Part shown: one piece after another, positions 38,776 through 48,101 of the stretch
Layout of the letters: the number at the start of each line of letters is the position of its first letter
How positions within the stretch are numbered: the stretch's first letter is position 1
Assembly: GCA_041690135.1 (NCBI GenBank)
Contig: JAWLHY010000001.1
Span: 288,001 to 352,000 of the forward strand
Length of the DNA stretch: 64,000 nt
Source: Armatimonadota bacterium
GTDB taxonomy: Bacteria > Armatimonadota > SYMT01
Direction: 5' to 3'
Position numbers and translations under genes: made by a program
Notes under the pieces: generated by a model
Seen by the model: the letters and a program-made list of their open reading frames with translations, nothing else
The model's database searches: none
What the model was told of the DNA's origin: nothing

Positions 38776-40496
38776 GGAGCATCCCGATGACCCGCCGTCT
38801 CGCCCGTCGTGCAGTGCTGTTCTCGGCCGCCATCGCCGCGTCGGCTGCCTGGGGTCGTGCCGTAGCTCTCCCCGAGCGGAGTGAAAACACCCGGCTTCCG
38901 CCGGACCCGAGCCTCGAGCGGCGCGTTTCCCTGCGGAAGAAGAGCGCTCCCGTCGGCGACGTGTTGGAGGCGCTGTCCGGCCCCGGTCTGCGCCTACGGG
39001 CGGAGCGCGACCTCGCGTCCCGCCGCGTAACCTGCTTCGGCGAGCAAGTCCGCCTGGGCTCCCTGCTGGAGGCGATCGCTTACTCCCTCCGGCTATCCTG
39101 GCGGGAGGCAGCCGGTGGGTACGTCCTCTACCAAACGCGCACTCAACGCGAGTGGGAACGGAGCCGGCGGTCCGACTCGCAGGCGCGTTGGGAGCGCGCC
39201 GACCGGTTGCAGAAGCAGGCGCTGACACAGGCCCTGACGCAGGCGGCACGCCGCCCCGGAGAGAACGGGCTCATCGGCGAGGTCCTGGCCCGTCTCACGC
39301 CCTCCCAGCTTCAGGCCGCCGGAGAGGTCGCTTCCATGCCGGAGGGGATCATGGTTGCGTCCAGCATGGCGCACACACACGATCGCCTGCTTGGGGTCAC
39401 CCGCCTCTCCGCGTTTCCCGATGCGGTGCGAGCGCGTCTGGAGACGGCGGTGCGTGCCCTCCCGGCCGGCCTGAAGCAGCCTCCCCGTGCCCCGGGAAGC
39501 GATGGGCTCGGCGAGAATTACATCGGCGTGATCGTCCTCAATATGGGGGTCGACTTGGCCGTCGTGGATCCGGCAGGCAAGGAGGTGTGGCTGTATCCCG
39601 GCAAGCCCGTGGCTCGCCGGGGCATTCCCGGGGTAGACGGGCCCTCGAACAACGATCTCGAACGGATTGAGGCCGTCACCAACGCCACCCCGGGGGCGCT
39701 CGTTGCCCTTGGCAGCCTGAAGGAACCCGGCCGAGGGAAGCCCCTGGAGTTTTCGGACGTTCGCTCCCGCACGCGTCTGCCGGAGCTCCTGGACCGGCTG
39801 GCGGAGCGAACCGGCGTGCCGTTCGTCTCCGATGACTTCCTGCGGAGCCGGGCTACCCCCTACCACTGGGTCCTGACGGATCGGGACCGATACAGCCTTC
39901 GCGAGGCGCTGCTCCAGGTCGCGCGAGCCTTCGGGCACCGATTCGAGGTGAAGTCGGGCGTAATCTGCGCCCGGACGCTGACACCGGGGCTTGACCTGCG
40001 GGCCGAAGTCCCCGCTGGCGTGCTCGACCGGCTGAAGGAGCTCGAGCGCACGAGGCAGCGTCCGGAATGGGGGGACTATCTTCAAATGGGCGCTCTGACC
40101 GATCTCCAGTGGGACACCCTATTCCGGTATGCAGGCGACCTGGCGCCGGTGGGCAGCCTCCCGGCGAGGGACGCGTTTGCGGCCCGCCACTGGCTGCGCC
40201 CGTACCTCGCGTTATCCGATAAACAACGATCAGCGGTCGCGAGCCCCGACGGGCTCGCGTTGGGAAGTGTGGGAGAACCGAGCCGGAGCGGCTTTTGGAA
40301 GCTCCTGAACGTGGGCTTGGAAGCCCGGCGGGAGCGTATGGGAGAAACAGCGCCGGCCAGGCTCACGCTCGAAAGGGCTCCAGGCAGCGCTAAAGGTCGG
40401 ACCCGATTGACCCTCACCCTTCGAGGAACCTCGCGTGGTGCCGTCAAGCGATCCTTCGACGTAGCCACCTCGAGTTCACGCACGACCTCGAAGTAA
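38772..40496 (+). CDS. Hypothetical exported protein, paralogue of 19390-21135
   Basis: 574 aa, twin-Arg-like leader ARRAVLFSAA, ATGA overlap with upstream gene. Confidence 0.75.
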   Translation: MRSIPMTRRLARRAVLFSAAIAASAAWGRAVALPERSENTRLPPDPSLERRVSLRKKSAPVGDVLEALSGPGLRLRAERDLASRRVTCFGEQVRLGSLLEAIAYSLRLSWREAAGGYVLYQTRTQREWERSRRSDSQARWERADRLQKQALTQALTQAARRPGENGLIGEVLARLTPSQLQAAGEVASMPEGIMVASSMAHTHDRLLGVTRLSAFPDAVRARLETAVRALPAGLKQPPRAPGSDGLGENYIGVIVLNMGVDLAVVDPAGKEVWLYPGKPVARRGIPGVDGPSNNDLERIEAVTNATPGALVALGSLKEPGRGKPLEFSDVRSRTRLPELLDRLAERTGVPFVSDDFLRSRATPYHWVLTDRDRYSLREALLQVARAFGHRFEVKSGVICARTLTPGLDLRAEVPAGVLDRLKELERTRQRPEWGDYLQMGALTDLQWDTLFRYAGDLAPVGSLPARDAFAARHWLRPYLALSDKQRSAVASPDGLALGSVGEPSRSGFWKLLNVGLEARRERMGETAPARLTLERAPGSAKGRTRLTLTLRGTSRGAVKRSFDVATSSSRTTSK

Positions 40497-40518
40497 TCCA
40501 TCCCGACGGCGATGCATG

Positions 40519-41550
40519 TTAAACTCCGCCTGGCGTTTCACCACGGTGCGGAAGGGGCAGCGCTTCCGGGGTAGGGGCGGACCCATGCCCGGCCAGAGGA
40601 AGGTTTTCCACGCACACTGGTGGCGCCGCGGCCGGAATGGGGCGGTCCGCCACGCGCGCGGCCGTCGCTTCCAGGACCGATAGGGTCTGGCGAAGGGCCG
40701 CCAGCACGGCGGGGTCCCGCTCGCCCACCACCGGGAGAACCCGGCGTCGGAGCGCGGAAAGCGCGCCGGGATGACCCAGGGCCGCCAGGGCTTCCGCGGC
40801 GGCCAGGCGCAGCGGGGTTTCCCGGTGCGTGAGCAGTTCCAGGACCCCGGGGAGGGAGCGGGGGTCCTCCAGCCGGGCCAGGGCGAGTGCGGCCGCGGTG
40901 CGGAGCGGCCCCGAGGCGGAGGAGAGCAGCGGGACGAGCCTTTCTAACGCCCGCGGATCGCCGATCCGGCCCAGGGCTTCGGCGGCGCAGCCCTGCACCC
41001 ACTCCGAATCGTGGTCGAGTACCCGCAGCAGCACCTCGCACGCCGCCGGGTCCCCGATCTTGCCGAGCGCCATGGCCGCTCGGCCCAGCGCCATCGTCCC
41101 GGTCGCGCCGCTGCTCGCGTTTCCCGCTGCCTGCGCGCGGATCTCCTCGCTGGTCCGGACCAACGGCCCCACGGCCGGCTCGCCGATCGCCGCCAGGGCT
41201 TCCGCCGCCCGCCAGATCACCAGGGTCTCGCGGTCTCCCAGCGCGGAACACAACGGTTCCACGGCCGCCGGGTCCGCAATCCTTTCCAGCGCCCGGGCCG
41301 CTTCCGCCCGCACCCACGGCTGCCGGTGCTTCAGTGCCCCACACAGCGCCGGCACCGCCGCCGGGTCCCCGATCTTCCCCAGGGCCTCCGCCGCCTGCGT
41401 CCCTGCCTTCTCGTCGGCCGCCGGCCCTTCCAGGCAGCGGCACAACGCCGGCACCGCCCGCGGATCGCCCAACTCCCCCAGCGCGCGAGCCGCGTCATTC
41501 CGCGCGAACCAATCCCCGCACTCCAACCTCTCCAGAAGCTCCTCAACCAT
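40519..41550 (-). CDS. HEAT/PBS-lyase repeat protein
   Basis: Repeated AAEALGKIGDPAAVPAL; GGAGG SD before ATG 41550. Confidence 0.9.
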   Translation of the reverse strand: MVEELLERLECGDWFARNDAARALGELGDPRAVPALCRCLEGPAADEKAGTQAAEALGKIGDPAAVPALCGALKHRQPWVRAEAARALERIADPAAVEPLCSALGDRETLVIWRAAEALAAIGEPAVGPLVRTSEEIRAQAAGNASSGATGTMALGRAAMALGKIGDPAACEVLLRVLDHDSEWVQGCAAEALGRIGDPRALERLVPLLSSASGPLRTAAALALARLEDPRSLPGVLELLTHRETPLRLAAAEALAALGHPGALSALRRRVLPVVGERDPAVLAALRQTLSVLEATAARVADRPIPAAAPPVCVENLPLAGHGSAPTPEALPLPHRGETPGGV

Positions 41551-42703
41551 GCTTGCCTCCACATTCCCCATTCCGATCCGCATCCACTGGCGGCTCATGG
41601 GCATGCTGGCTCCTCGGTGAGTTCGCTTCCTTCTCGTTATCGTTATCCTTATCCGCCCATCCCTTCCGCGGCCGACCCGCCGGGTCCGCCATGCCGTTCC
41701 CCGAACGCGGCAAGCCCCGCAGGTCCGGCGCGTGCTGCTCGATCTGCTCCACCGCCCTCCGCAGGATCTCCCGGACCGAGGGTTCGTCCTCCCCGGCGAA
41801 GCGCCACAGTCGCCGGCGTAACAGCGCCAACTGCTCCCGGTCCAGGGTCAGGCCCAGCCCCAGGGCGGCCCATTCCCGTACGGCCGGCTCGGGGTCCAGC
41901 AGGAACCCGCGGAGGAACTTCACTCCCTCCTTCCGGGTGAGCACTGCCGCCGCACCTGCCTCGCCGAACCGGGAGAGCGCCTGGGCCACGGTCGACCGCA
42001 CCCCGGCGACCGGCTCCCCCAGGATCGAGTTCAATACCGGAATCGCATCCGGGTTGTCCGTGCAGGCCAGGGGCAGCGCCGCCAGGCGTTGGGCCATCGG
42101 GTCTCCCTCGCGGATCACTTCCACCAGGTGCGGAAAGGCGGAAGGATGCGCCAACTGCACCAGCGCCGCCGAGGCGGCCTCCCGCACGCCCAGGTAGTGA
42201 TCCCGCAGGCGGGAGCAGAGGGCCGGAAGCACGCTTTCGTCTCCATACCGGCCCAGCACCGTGGCCACTTCGATCCGGAGGGCCACATCATCGAGAGCGA
42301 GGGTTTTCAGCAGCGCCACGCGGGCCGGAACTCCGCCGATCCGACCCAGCACCTCCACGGCCGGCAACCGGACCCGGGCCTCAACGGTGACGTTGGCCAG
42401 CAAGCGCCCCACCGGCTCTACCGCTTCGGGGCCCACGGCGACGAGGGCATCGGCAAACTGCCGCATCGCTTCCGTATCGTGGCGAGAACTCCAGCGGACC
42501 AGGCATGCGACGAGCAGCTTCACGGATGTTTCGCAACCGGGCCGCCCCAAGAAGGCCAGGGCCTCCCGGCAGGGCCGGAGGGTTTCTCCAATGGCCTGCT
42601 TGACTATCAAAAGCTCTTCTTCTCGTGGCCCGCCGGCTAGCTGCACGCCGCGCCGCCGCCGGCAGACCTCACAAGTTCGCCAATGCTCGACATGCGCCAT
42701 CAC
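41543..42703 (-). CDS. HEAT-repeat protein with N-terminal HxxxCxxC
   Basis: AVEVLGRIG, VREAASAAL, VREWAALGLG; start uncertain. Confidence 0.8.
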   Translation of the reverse strand: MMAHVEHWRTCEVCRRRRGVQLAGGPREEELLIVKQAIGETLRPCREALAFLGRPGCETSVKLLVACLVRWSSRHDTEAMRQFADALVAVGPEAVEPVGRLLANVTVEARVRLPAVEVLGRIGGVPARVALLKTLALDDVALRIEVATVLGRYGDESVLPALCSRLRDHYLGVREAASAALVQLAHPSAFPHLVEVIREGDPMAQRLAALPLACTDNPDAIPVLNSILGEPVAGVRSTVAQALSRFGEAGAAAVLTRKEGVKFLRGFLLDPEPAVREWAALGLGLTLDREQLALLRRRLWRFAGEDEPSVREILRRAVEQIEQHAPDLRGLPRSGNGMADPAGRPRKGWADKDNDNEKEANSPRSQHAHEPPVDADRNGECGGKHG

Positions 42704-42805
42704 GCGATCCGACCTCCGGCCCTCCGTACAGAAGGACTTACCGACCGAACATGCGGAACCTGCCCCCGATAACCTAACGATGATCTACTACGAAAGGAAC
42801 GCTCC

Positions 42806-43639
42806 GTGCCACCGATTGTGTCCTGGAACCCGCTGCGCTACGTGAATTCGATGATCGACGAGGGGAAGCCCACCCTCGAGGAAGTCCTGGCGGAAGCACG
42901 TGACCTGGGGATCACCCACGTGGAGTGGCACTACGGCGTCATCCAGCCGCACACCCTGGTGCACATCCGCGAGGTGAAGGCGCTGCAGGACCGCTACGGA
43001 ATCCAGGTGTCGCAGTGGACCTGCGCCCCGGACTTCACCCATCCCGACGCGGAAGAGCGCGCCCGCGTCCTGGAGGAGATGAAGAATGAGGTGGACGTGG
43101 CGAGGGAGATCGGCGCCGCGGGCGTGCGGGTCACCGCGGGCTGCCGGCACGAAGGGGTCTCGGAGGAGCAGGGGATCGAGTGGGCCGTCCAGGGGATCCT
43201 CGCGCTGGCCGAGTACGCCGAACCGCGGGGCGTGAAGCTGGGCTACGAGAACCACTACCGCGATCGCCGCTGGACCCATGAGGATTTCTCGTTCCGGCAG
43301 GAGACGTTCCTGGCGATCTTCGACCGGATCAAGGACAGCTACGCCGGGGTGAACTTCGACTGCTCCAACCAGTTGATGACGCACAACGACCCGATGTCCG
43401 TGCTGGAGATCGTGAAGCACAAGGTATGGCACTGCCACGCGAGCGACCGCTTCCCCGGGCGCTACGACCACAGCGTCATCGGCGAGGGGAGCGTGGACTT
43501 CGACCCGATCTTCGCCTGCCTCGCCTCCATCGGCTACAACGGCTACATCAGCATGGAAGACAACAACCCCGAGGGTCACGAGGGGACGGTGCGCGCCGTG
43601 GCCTTCGTGCGGCGGAAGATCGCCGAACACTGGAAGTGA
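42806..43639 (+). CDS. Sugar phosphate isomerase/epimerase family
   Basis: GYENH, NFDCSN, HCHASD, IGEGSVDF, GYNGYISME. Confidence 0.88.
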   Translation: MPPIVSWNPLRYVNSMIDEGKPTLEEVLAEARDLGITHVEWHYGVIQPHTLVHIREVKALQDRYGIQVSQWTCAPDFTHPDAEERARVLEEMKNEVDVAREIGAAGVRVTAGCRHEGVSEEQGIEWAVQGILALAEYAEPRGVKLGYENHYRDRRWTHEDFSFRQETFLAIFDRIKDSYAGVNFDCSNQLMTHNDPMSVLEIVKHKVWHCHASDRFPGRYDHSVIGEGSVDFDPIFACLASIGYNGYISMEDNNPEGHEGTVRAVAFVRRKIAEHWK

Positions 43640-43649
43640 GGGTAGGGGT

Positions 43650-44318
43650 CTGGCCAGGGTACTCTTAGGTATCACCGGTTCCGTGGCGGCGGTCAAGGCG
43701 CCGGAGCTCTTCCGGGCGCTGCAGGCCGCTGGGCACGAGGTCCGCGCGGCCGCCACCCGCCCGGCCCTCGCCTTCTTCGACCCCGCCGAACTGCCGGGCG
43801 CTCCCGAAGGGGTGACGGAGTCGAGGTCACCGGGCGTACTGCCTCCGGGGAAGTGCCATCCGCGGCTCTACCTGGATGAGGACGAGTGGCCCGCGACCGG
43901 CCTTTTCCGGGTGGGGGAGCCGGTTCTGCATATCGAGCTGCGGAAGTGGGCGGACGTTCTTCTTCTTGCTCCGCTGGATGCGAATACCCTGGCCAAGCTG
44001 GCCCTCGGCCTGTGCGATAACCTGTTGACCTGCGTCTACCGCGCCTGGGACTTCGAGCGCCCCGTGGTGCTGGCCCCCGCCATGAACACCCTCATGTGGG
44101 AGCATCCCGCCACGGCCCGCCATTTCCGGCAATTGCTGGAGGACCACCGGGGGGCTCCGGTCGAACCGGGGAGTGACGCGCTCCAGGTCTGCCAGGCCAT
44201 CAACACCACCTGTCCACGGCTTCGCGTCGTCCCCCCGGTCAGCAAGCGACTGGCCTGCGGCGACGAAGGCCTCGGCGGCATGGCCACGATCGCCGATCTG
44301 GTCGCCGAACTTGCATAG
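43650..44318 (+). CDS. coaC: Stand-alone phosphopantothenoylcysteine decarboxylase-like flavoprotein (HFCD), apparent CTG start
   Basis: RVLLGITGSVAA, LHIELRKWAD, ANTLAK, APAMNTLMWEHP, LACGDEG.GGM. Confidence 0.75.
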   Translation: MARVLLGITGSVAAVKAPELFRALQAAGHEVRAAATRPALAFFDPAELPGAPEGVTESRSPGVLPPGKCHPRLYLDEDEWPATGLFRVGEPVLHIELRKWADVLLLAPLDANTLAKLALGLCDNLLTCVYRAWDFERPVVLAPAMNTLMWEHPATARHFRQLLEDHRGAPVEPGSDALQVCQAINTTCPRLRVVPPVSKRLACGDEGLGGMATIADLVAELA

Positions 44319-44498
44319 GTCACCAGACAGGCGTGAAACGTGAAGCTGTCGTCCAAAACTGTTGAGCCGCGCGGAAGTGGCGCCTCGTGGTAGTCTGTGG
44401 TTCCCAAGCCGGAATGTGAAACGTAAAACGTGAGGCTCGTGGCAGGAAAGAGCGGTCTCTGTCCTCAAACCACCCAACGACGAACGGAGACCCCTGGC

Positions 44499-44650
44499 TT
44501 GTAGTCAAGCGCTTTAGCGCTGTCCGTATTTGCGTTGAGGAATCCGGCACCCGTGCCCTGGGGAACCGTAAACCCTGTAAGCAAGATCTGCTCAGAGCAT
44601 GCGCCGTCACCAAGGTCGCAAGCTCGCGGGCTAAAGCCCGGCTACTACAA
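44499..44650. repeat. GTAG-family REP pair (REPIN-like)
   Basis: ttgtagt..agcgctttagcgct ... cgggctaaagcccg..actacaa. Confidence 0.65.
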
Positions 44651-44697
44651 ACCGGAGGCGAAACGTAAGCACTGCAGCCGGCCACGCCCCAGGCACT

Positions 44698-44945
44698 TAA
44701 GCATCACGCATCACCATCCACGTCCGAAGTAGAACTCTCGTCTCACACCAACCCATAGCACGTCAGCAAATCACGCATCACGTTTCACGCATCACGCCCG
44801 AGGCAGCACTCACGCCCCACACCTAGCCGCCGCACGTCAGCAAAATTACGCAATACGTAATACGCAATACGCAATACGCATCACACCTCGAGCCCGAAGC
44901 AGAAATCTCGCCCCAAACCAGGCCATTGTACGTCACCAACCATCA
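44698..44945. repeat. Array of three diverged ~44-bp units separated by heptamer runs
   Basis: ccgaRgYag-N27-acgtca x3 with (ACGCAAT/ACGCATC)n between units. Confidence 0.8.
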
Positions 44946-44951
44946 CAAACC

Positions 44952-45623
44952 ATGAACCCCATCGTCCAGGTATCCCTCGACCTCATGACCATCGAAGACG
45001 CCATGCCGGTCGCCGAGACGGCGGTCCGGGCGGGCGTGGACTGGCTGGAAGCCGGTACGCCGCTCATCCTGGGAGAAGGTCTGCACGCTGTCCGGGCGCT
45101 GCGGAAGGCCTTTCCGGAGCACCCCATCGTGGCGGACCTCAAGACCATGGACGCCGGCTATCTCGAAGCGGAGATGATGTTCAAGGCGGGCGCCACCCAC
45201 GTGGTGGTGATGGGGGTCGCGCATCCCGCCACCATCGCCAATGCCGTCCGGGCAGGGCGCGACTATGGTGGTAAGGTGATGGGGGACATCATGGTCCATC
45301 CCGACAAGCCGGCCTGCGCCCGGATGATGCAGGATCTCGGGGTCGACTACATCATCGTGCACACGGGCCTGGACGAGCGCAACGCCGAGAAGGACAAGCA
45401 CCCCTTCGACGACCTTGCCTCTGTGGTGGAAGCGGTAAGCATCCCCGTCCAGGCGGTCGGCGGGCTCACGCTGGAGCAGGCGGTCCAATGCCCCAAAATG
45501 GGCGCCCCGCTGGTAGTGATCGGCGCGCCCCTGGTGGTGGACAACGAAGAGTTCAAGCCCAGCACCACCGACACCCGCCTCTACGACCTCCTCCACCAGA
45601 TCGTGACCCAGGTGAAGGGGTAG
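44952..45623 (+). CDS. 3-hexulose-6-phosphate synthase / OMP decarboxylase family
   Basis: QVSLD, WLEAGTPLI..EG, ADLKTMDAG.LE, VHTGLD. Confidence 0.85.
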   Translation: MNPIVQVSLDLMTIEDAMPVAETAVRAGVDWLEAGTPLILGEGLHAVRALRKAFPEHPIVADLKTMDAGYLEAEMMFKAGATHVVVMGVAHPATIANAVRAGRDYGGKVMGDIMVHPDKPACARMMQDLGVDYIIVHTGLDERNAEKDKHPFDDLASVVEAVSIPVQAVGGLTLEQAVQCPKMGAPLVVIGAPLVVDNEEFKPSTTDTRLYDLLHQIVTQVKG

Positions 45624-45744
45624 GGACATCCCTTTTGAGTCCGCGGAGGTTTACGCCCGGGTACCCACGAAGTGGGTGTGGGCGCGGACTTCGGTCAGTC
45701 AGCCCCGGATTTCAATCCGGGGTCCTGAAAGAAAGCACTAACCC

Positions 45745-46263
45745 ATGGCATTGAACAACAAGCGTGTTCTCGTGTTCGCGGAGAACGATTACGAAGATCT
45801 CGAACTCTGGTATCCGAAGCTCCGCCTGATCGAGGCGGGGGTGTCCGTCACCGTGGCCGGCCCGCGCGAGATGGTCTACAAGTCGAAGCACGGTTACCCG
45901 GCGCAGACCGACGGCAACGTTGCCGACTTCAACCCGGCCGACTTCGACGGCGTCGTGGTCCCCGGCGGCTGGTGCCCGGACCGGCTGCGGCGGTATGAGG
46001 AGGTTCTCTCCTTCACCCGCGAGATCGCCAACGCCGGGAAGCTGGTCGGCGCCATCTGCCACGGCGGCTGGGTACTGGTCTCGGCCGACGTGCTCCGCGG
46101 CAAGCGGTGCACCTCCGTGGGCGCGATCAAGGACGATATGAAGAACGCCGGCGGGGTGTGGGTGGACGAGCCCGTCGTGGTGGACGGCGGCCTGGTGACC
46201 GCCCAGGTACCGAAAGACCTCCCCGCCTTCTGCCGCGAAATGCTCGCCGTGCTTGGCAGTTAG
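45745..46263 (+). CDS. PfpI/DJ-1 family type 1 glutamine amidotransferase-like protein
   Basis: YEDLELWYP, VPGGWCPDRLR, AICHGG. Confidence 0.92.
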   Translation: MALNNKRVLVFAENDYEDLELWYPKLRLIEAGVSVTVAGPREMVYKSKHGYPAQTDGNVADFNPADFDGVVVPGGWCPDRLRRYEEVLSFTREIANAGKLVGAICHGGWVLVSADVLRGKRCTSVGAIKDDMKNAGGVWVDEPVVVDGGLVTAQVPKDLPAFCREMLAVLGS

Positions 46264-46273
46264 GAGAACGCCC

Positions 46274-47269
46274 GTGAGTCAGGTTGGCTGGGGAATCATC
46301 AGCAGCGCCAAGATCGCCCGGAACGCCCTGGTGCCGGCGATCTCGGCGGCGTCGAATGCTCGTCTCGTTTGTCTCGGCACGCCGCGGCCGGACCGCGTGG
46401 CGGAGAATGCCGCGCAGTACGGCTACCGGACCGTTCCCTCGTATGAGGCCGTTTTGGAGGACGCGGAAGTCCAGGCCGTGTACAACCCGCTTCCCAACGG
46501 GCTGCACGCCGAGTGGAGCATCCGGGCGATGGAAGCGGGCAAGCACGTCCTGTGTGAGAAGCCGTTTACCGTCACCCCCGCCGAGACCCGCGAGATGATC
46601 GCCGTCTCGCAGCGCACCGGAAAGCGGCTGATGGAGGCGTTCATGTACCGCTTCCATCCCCAGATGGCGCTGGCGAAGCAGGTGCTGGACAGCGGCCGCC
46701 TGGGCGAGTTGCGCGTGATCCGGGCGAGCTTCACCTTCAACCTGGCGCCCAATGCGGAGAACCCGCGTTACCAGCGGGATCAGGGCCCCGGCGCCCTGAT
46801 GGACGTGGGTTGCTACTGCGTGAATGCCGCCCGCCACTTTAGCGGCGGTGCTCCTTCCGCCGTCTCCGCCTGGGCTACCTGGCACGAGGAAAGCGGCGCA
46901 GATCTGACCACGGTCGGCACGCTGGAGTATGCCGGGCATGCTGCTCTTTTCGACTGCAGCTTCGAGGCGACCGGGCGGAGCGGGATCGAGTTGGTCGGCA
47001 GTCTGGGCCGGCTGGAGATCCCCAAGCCCTGGCTGCCCGGCACCGATCCGGCCGTGCTCCGCGTCCACGACAAGGACGGGACGGAGGAGCTCACCACGGA
47101 GGGCGTCAACCACTATGCGCTGATGGTGGAGCACTTCAGCGATTGCATTCTGAACGACCGGGCGCCGGTGCGCGGTCCGGAAGACGCCCTGGAGAACATG
47201 CGCGTCCTGGAAGCGCTCCGCCGCAGTGCCCGCGAACACCGCCGGGTGGAACTGGCCGAAATCGAATGA
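46274..47269 (+). CDS. Gfo/Idh/MocA oxidoreductase
   Basis: YNPLPNGLHAEW, GKHVLCEKP, EAFMYRFHP, GALMDVGCY. Confidence 0.92.
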   Translation: MSQVGWGIISSAKIARNALVPAISAASNARLVCLGTPRPDRVAENAAQYGYRTVPSYEAVLEDAEVQAVYNPLPNGLHAEWSIRAMEAGKHVLCEKPFTVTPAETREMIAVSQRTGKRLMEAFMYRFHPQMALAKQVLDSGRLGELRVIRASFTFNLAPNAENPRYQRDQGPGALMDVGCYCVNAARHFSGGAPSAVSAWATWHEESGADLTTVGTLEYAGHAALFDCSFEATGRSGIELVGSLGRLEIPKPWLPGTDPAVLRVHDKDGTEELTTEGVNHYALMVEHFSDCILNDRAPVRGPEDALENMRVLEALRRSAREHRRVELAEIE

Positions 47270-48042
47270 AGCCAGCCAGCCAGTTCGCTTCCTTCAATCC
47301 CGCGGATCTTCAGGGCCGGGTGGCCCTGGTCACGGGCGCCGGCGGCGGTATCGGCCGAGCGGTCGCCCGGCGCTTTGCCCAGGTCGGCATGCGCGTCGTC
47401 CTGGCCGACCTCCACGCCGCCTCCCTTCAGGAGACGGCGAACGAGCTGGCCCCGGCTGAGACGCTGCAGTGGTGCGGCAACCTCACGATGGAGCCGGAGG
47501 TCAAGGCGCTGTTCCAGCAGATCGGCGACCGGTTCGGCCGGCTCGACATCGCCGTCAACGCCGCCGGGGTGCTGCGGACCACGCCCCTGGAAGAGATCAG
47601 CAAATCGGAGTGGGACAGCGTGCTCGACGCGAACGCCGGCAGCGCCTTCCTGGTTTGCCGGGAATGCTGCGCGCCGATGCGTCGCCAGGGGTGGGGGCGC
47701 ATCGTCAACTTCTCCAGCGTCGCCGGCCAGGTGGGCGGCATCCTTTCGGGCGCCCACTATGCCGCCAGCAAGGCCGCCGTCCAGAGCCTCACTCGTTCCA
47801 TTGCCAAGCATCTCGCGCCGCACGGCGTGCGCTGCAACGTCGTTGCGCCGAGCGGGGTGGAGACGGACATGCTGCGCCAGTTCTCCTCGGAGCAGTTGGA
47901 GACGCTGCGGACAGGCATCCCCCTCAACCGGTTCGGCGCGGCCGAAGAGATTGCGGAGCTGGTGCTGTGGCTGGTCTCCCCGGCCGCCGACTACATCACC
48001 GGCCAGACCATCAACATCAACGGCGGCGCCTACCTCGGCTAG
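47266..48042 (+). CDS. SDR family oxidoreductase
   Basis: TGAGGGIG, VNAAG, YAASK, ITGQTININGG. Confidence 0.93.
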   Translation: MKPASQFASFNPADLQGRVALVTGAGGGIGRAVARRFAQVGMRVVLADLHAASLQETANELAPAETLQWCGNLTMEPEVKALFQQIGDRFGRLDIAVNAAGVLRTTPLEEISKSEWDSVLDANAGSAFLVCRECCAPMRRQGWGRIVNFSSVAGQVGGILSGAHYAASKAAVQSLTRSIAKHLAPHGVRCNVVAPSGVETDMLRQFSSEQLETLRTGIPLNRFGAAEEIAELVLWLVSPAADYITGQTININGGAYLG

Positions 48043-48050
48043 CTACTCAG

Positions 48051-48090
48051 AAAAAACAGGCCTCGTGCGACTTTGCCGCACGAGGCCTGT
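48051..48090 (-). terminator. Intrinsic terminator
   Basis: 14-bp stem acaggcctcgtgcg/cgcacgaggcctgt plus A-tract. Confidence 0.8.
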
Positions 48091-48101
48091 CTGGAACCTT
48101 A

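Noticed and set aside
43650-44318. LanD-type RiPP decarboxylase cluster
   Set aside because: No precursor peptide, dehydratase or exporter nearby; motifs fit PPC decarboxylase.
44698-44945. CRISPR array (27-nt spacer-like cores)
   Set aside because: Cores resemble each other and the intervening repeats vary in length; kept as a composite repeat instead.
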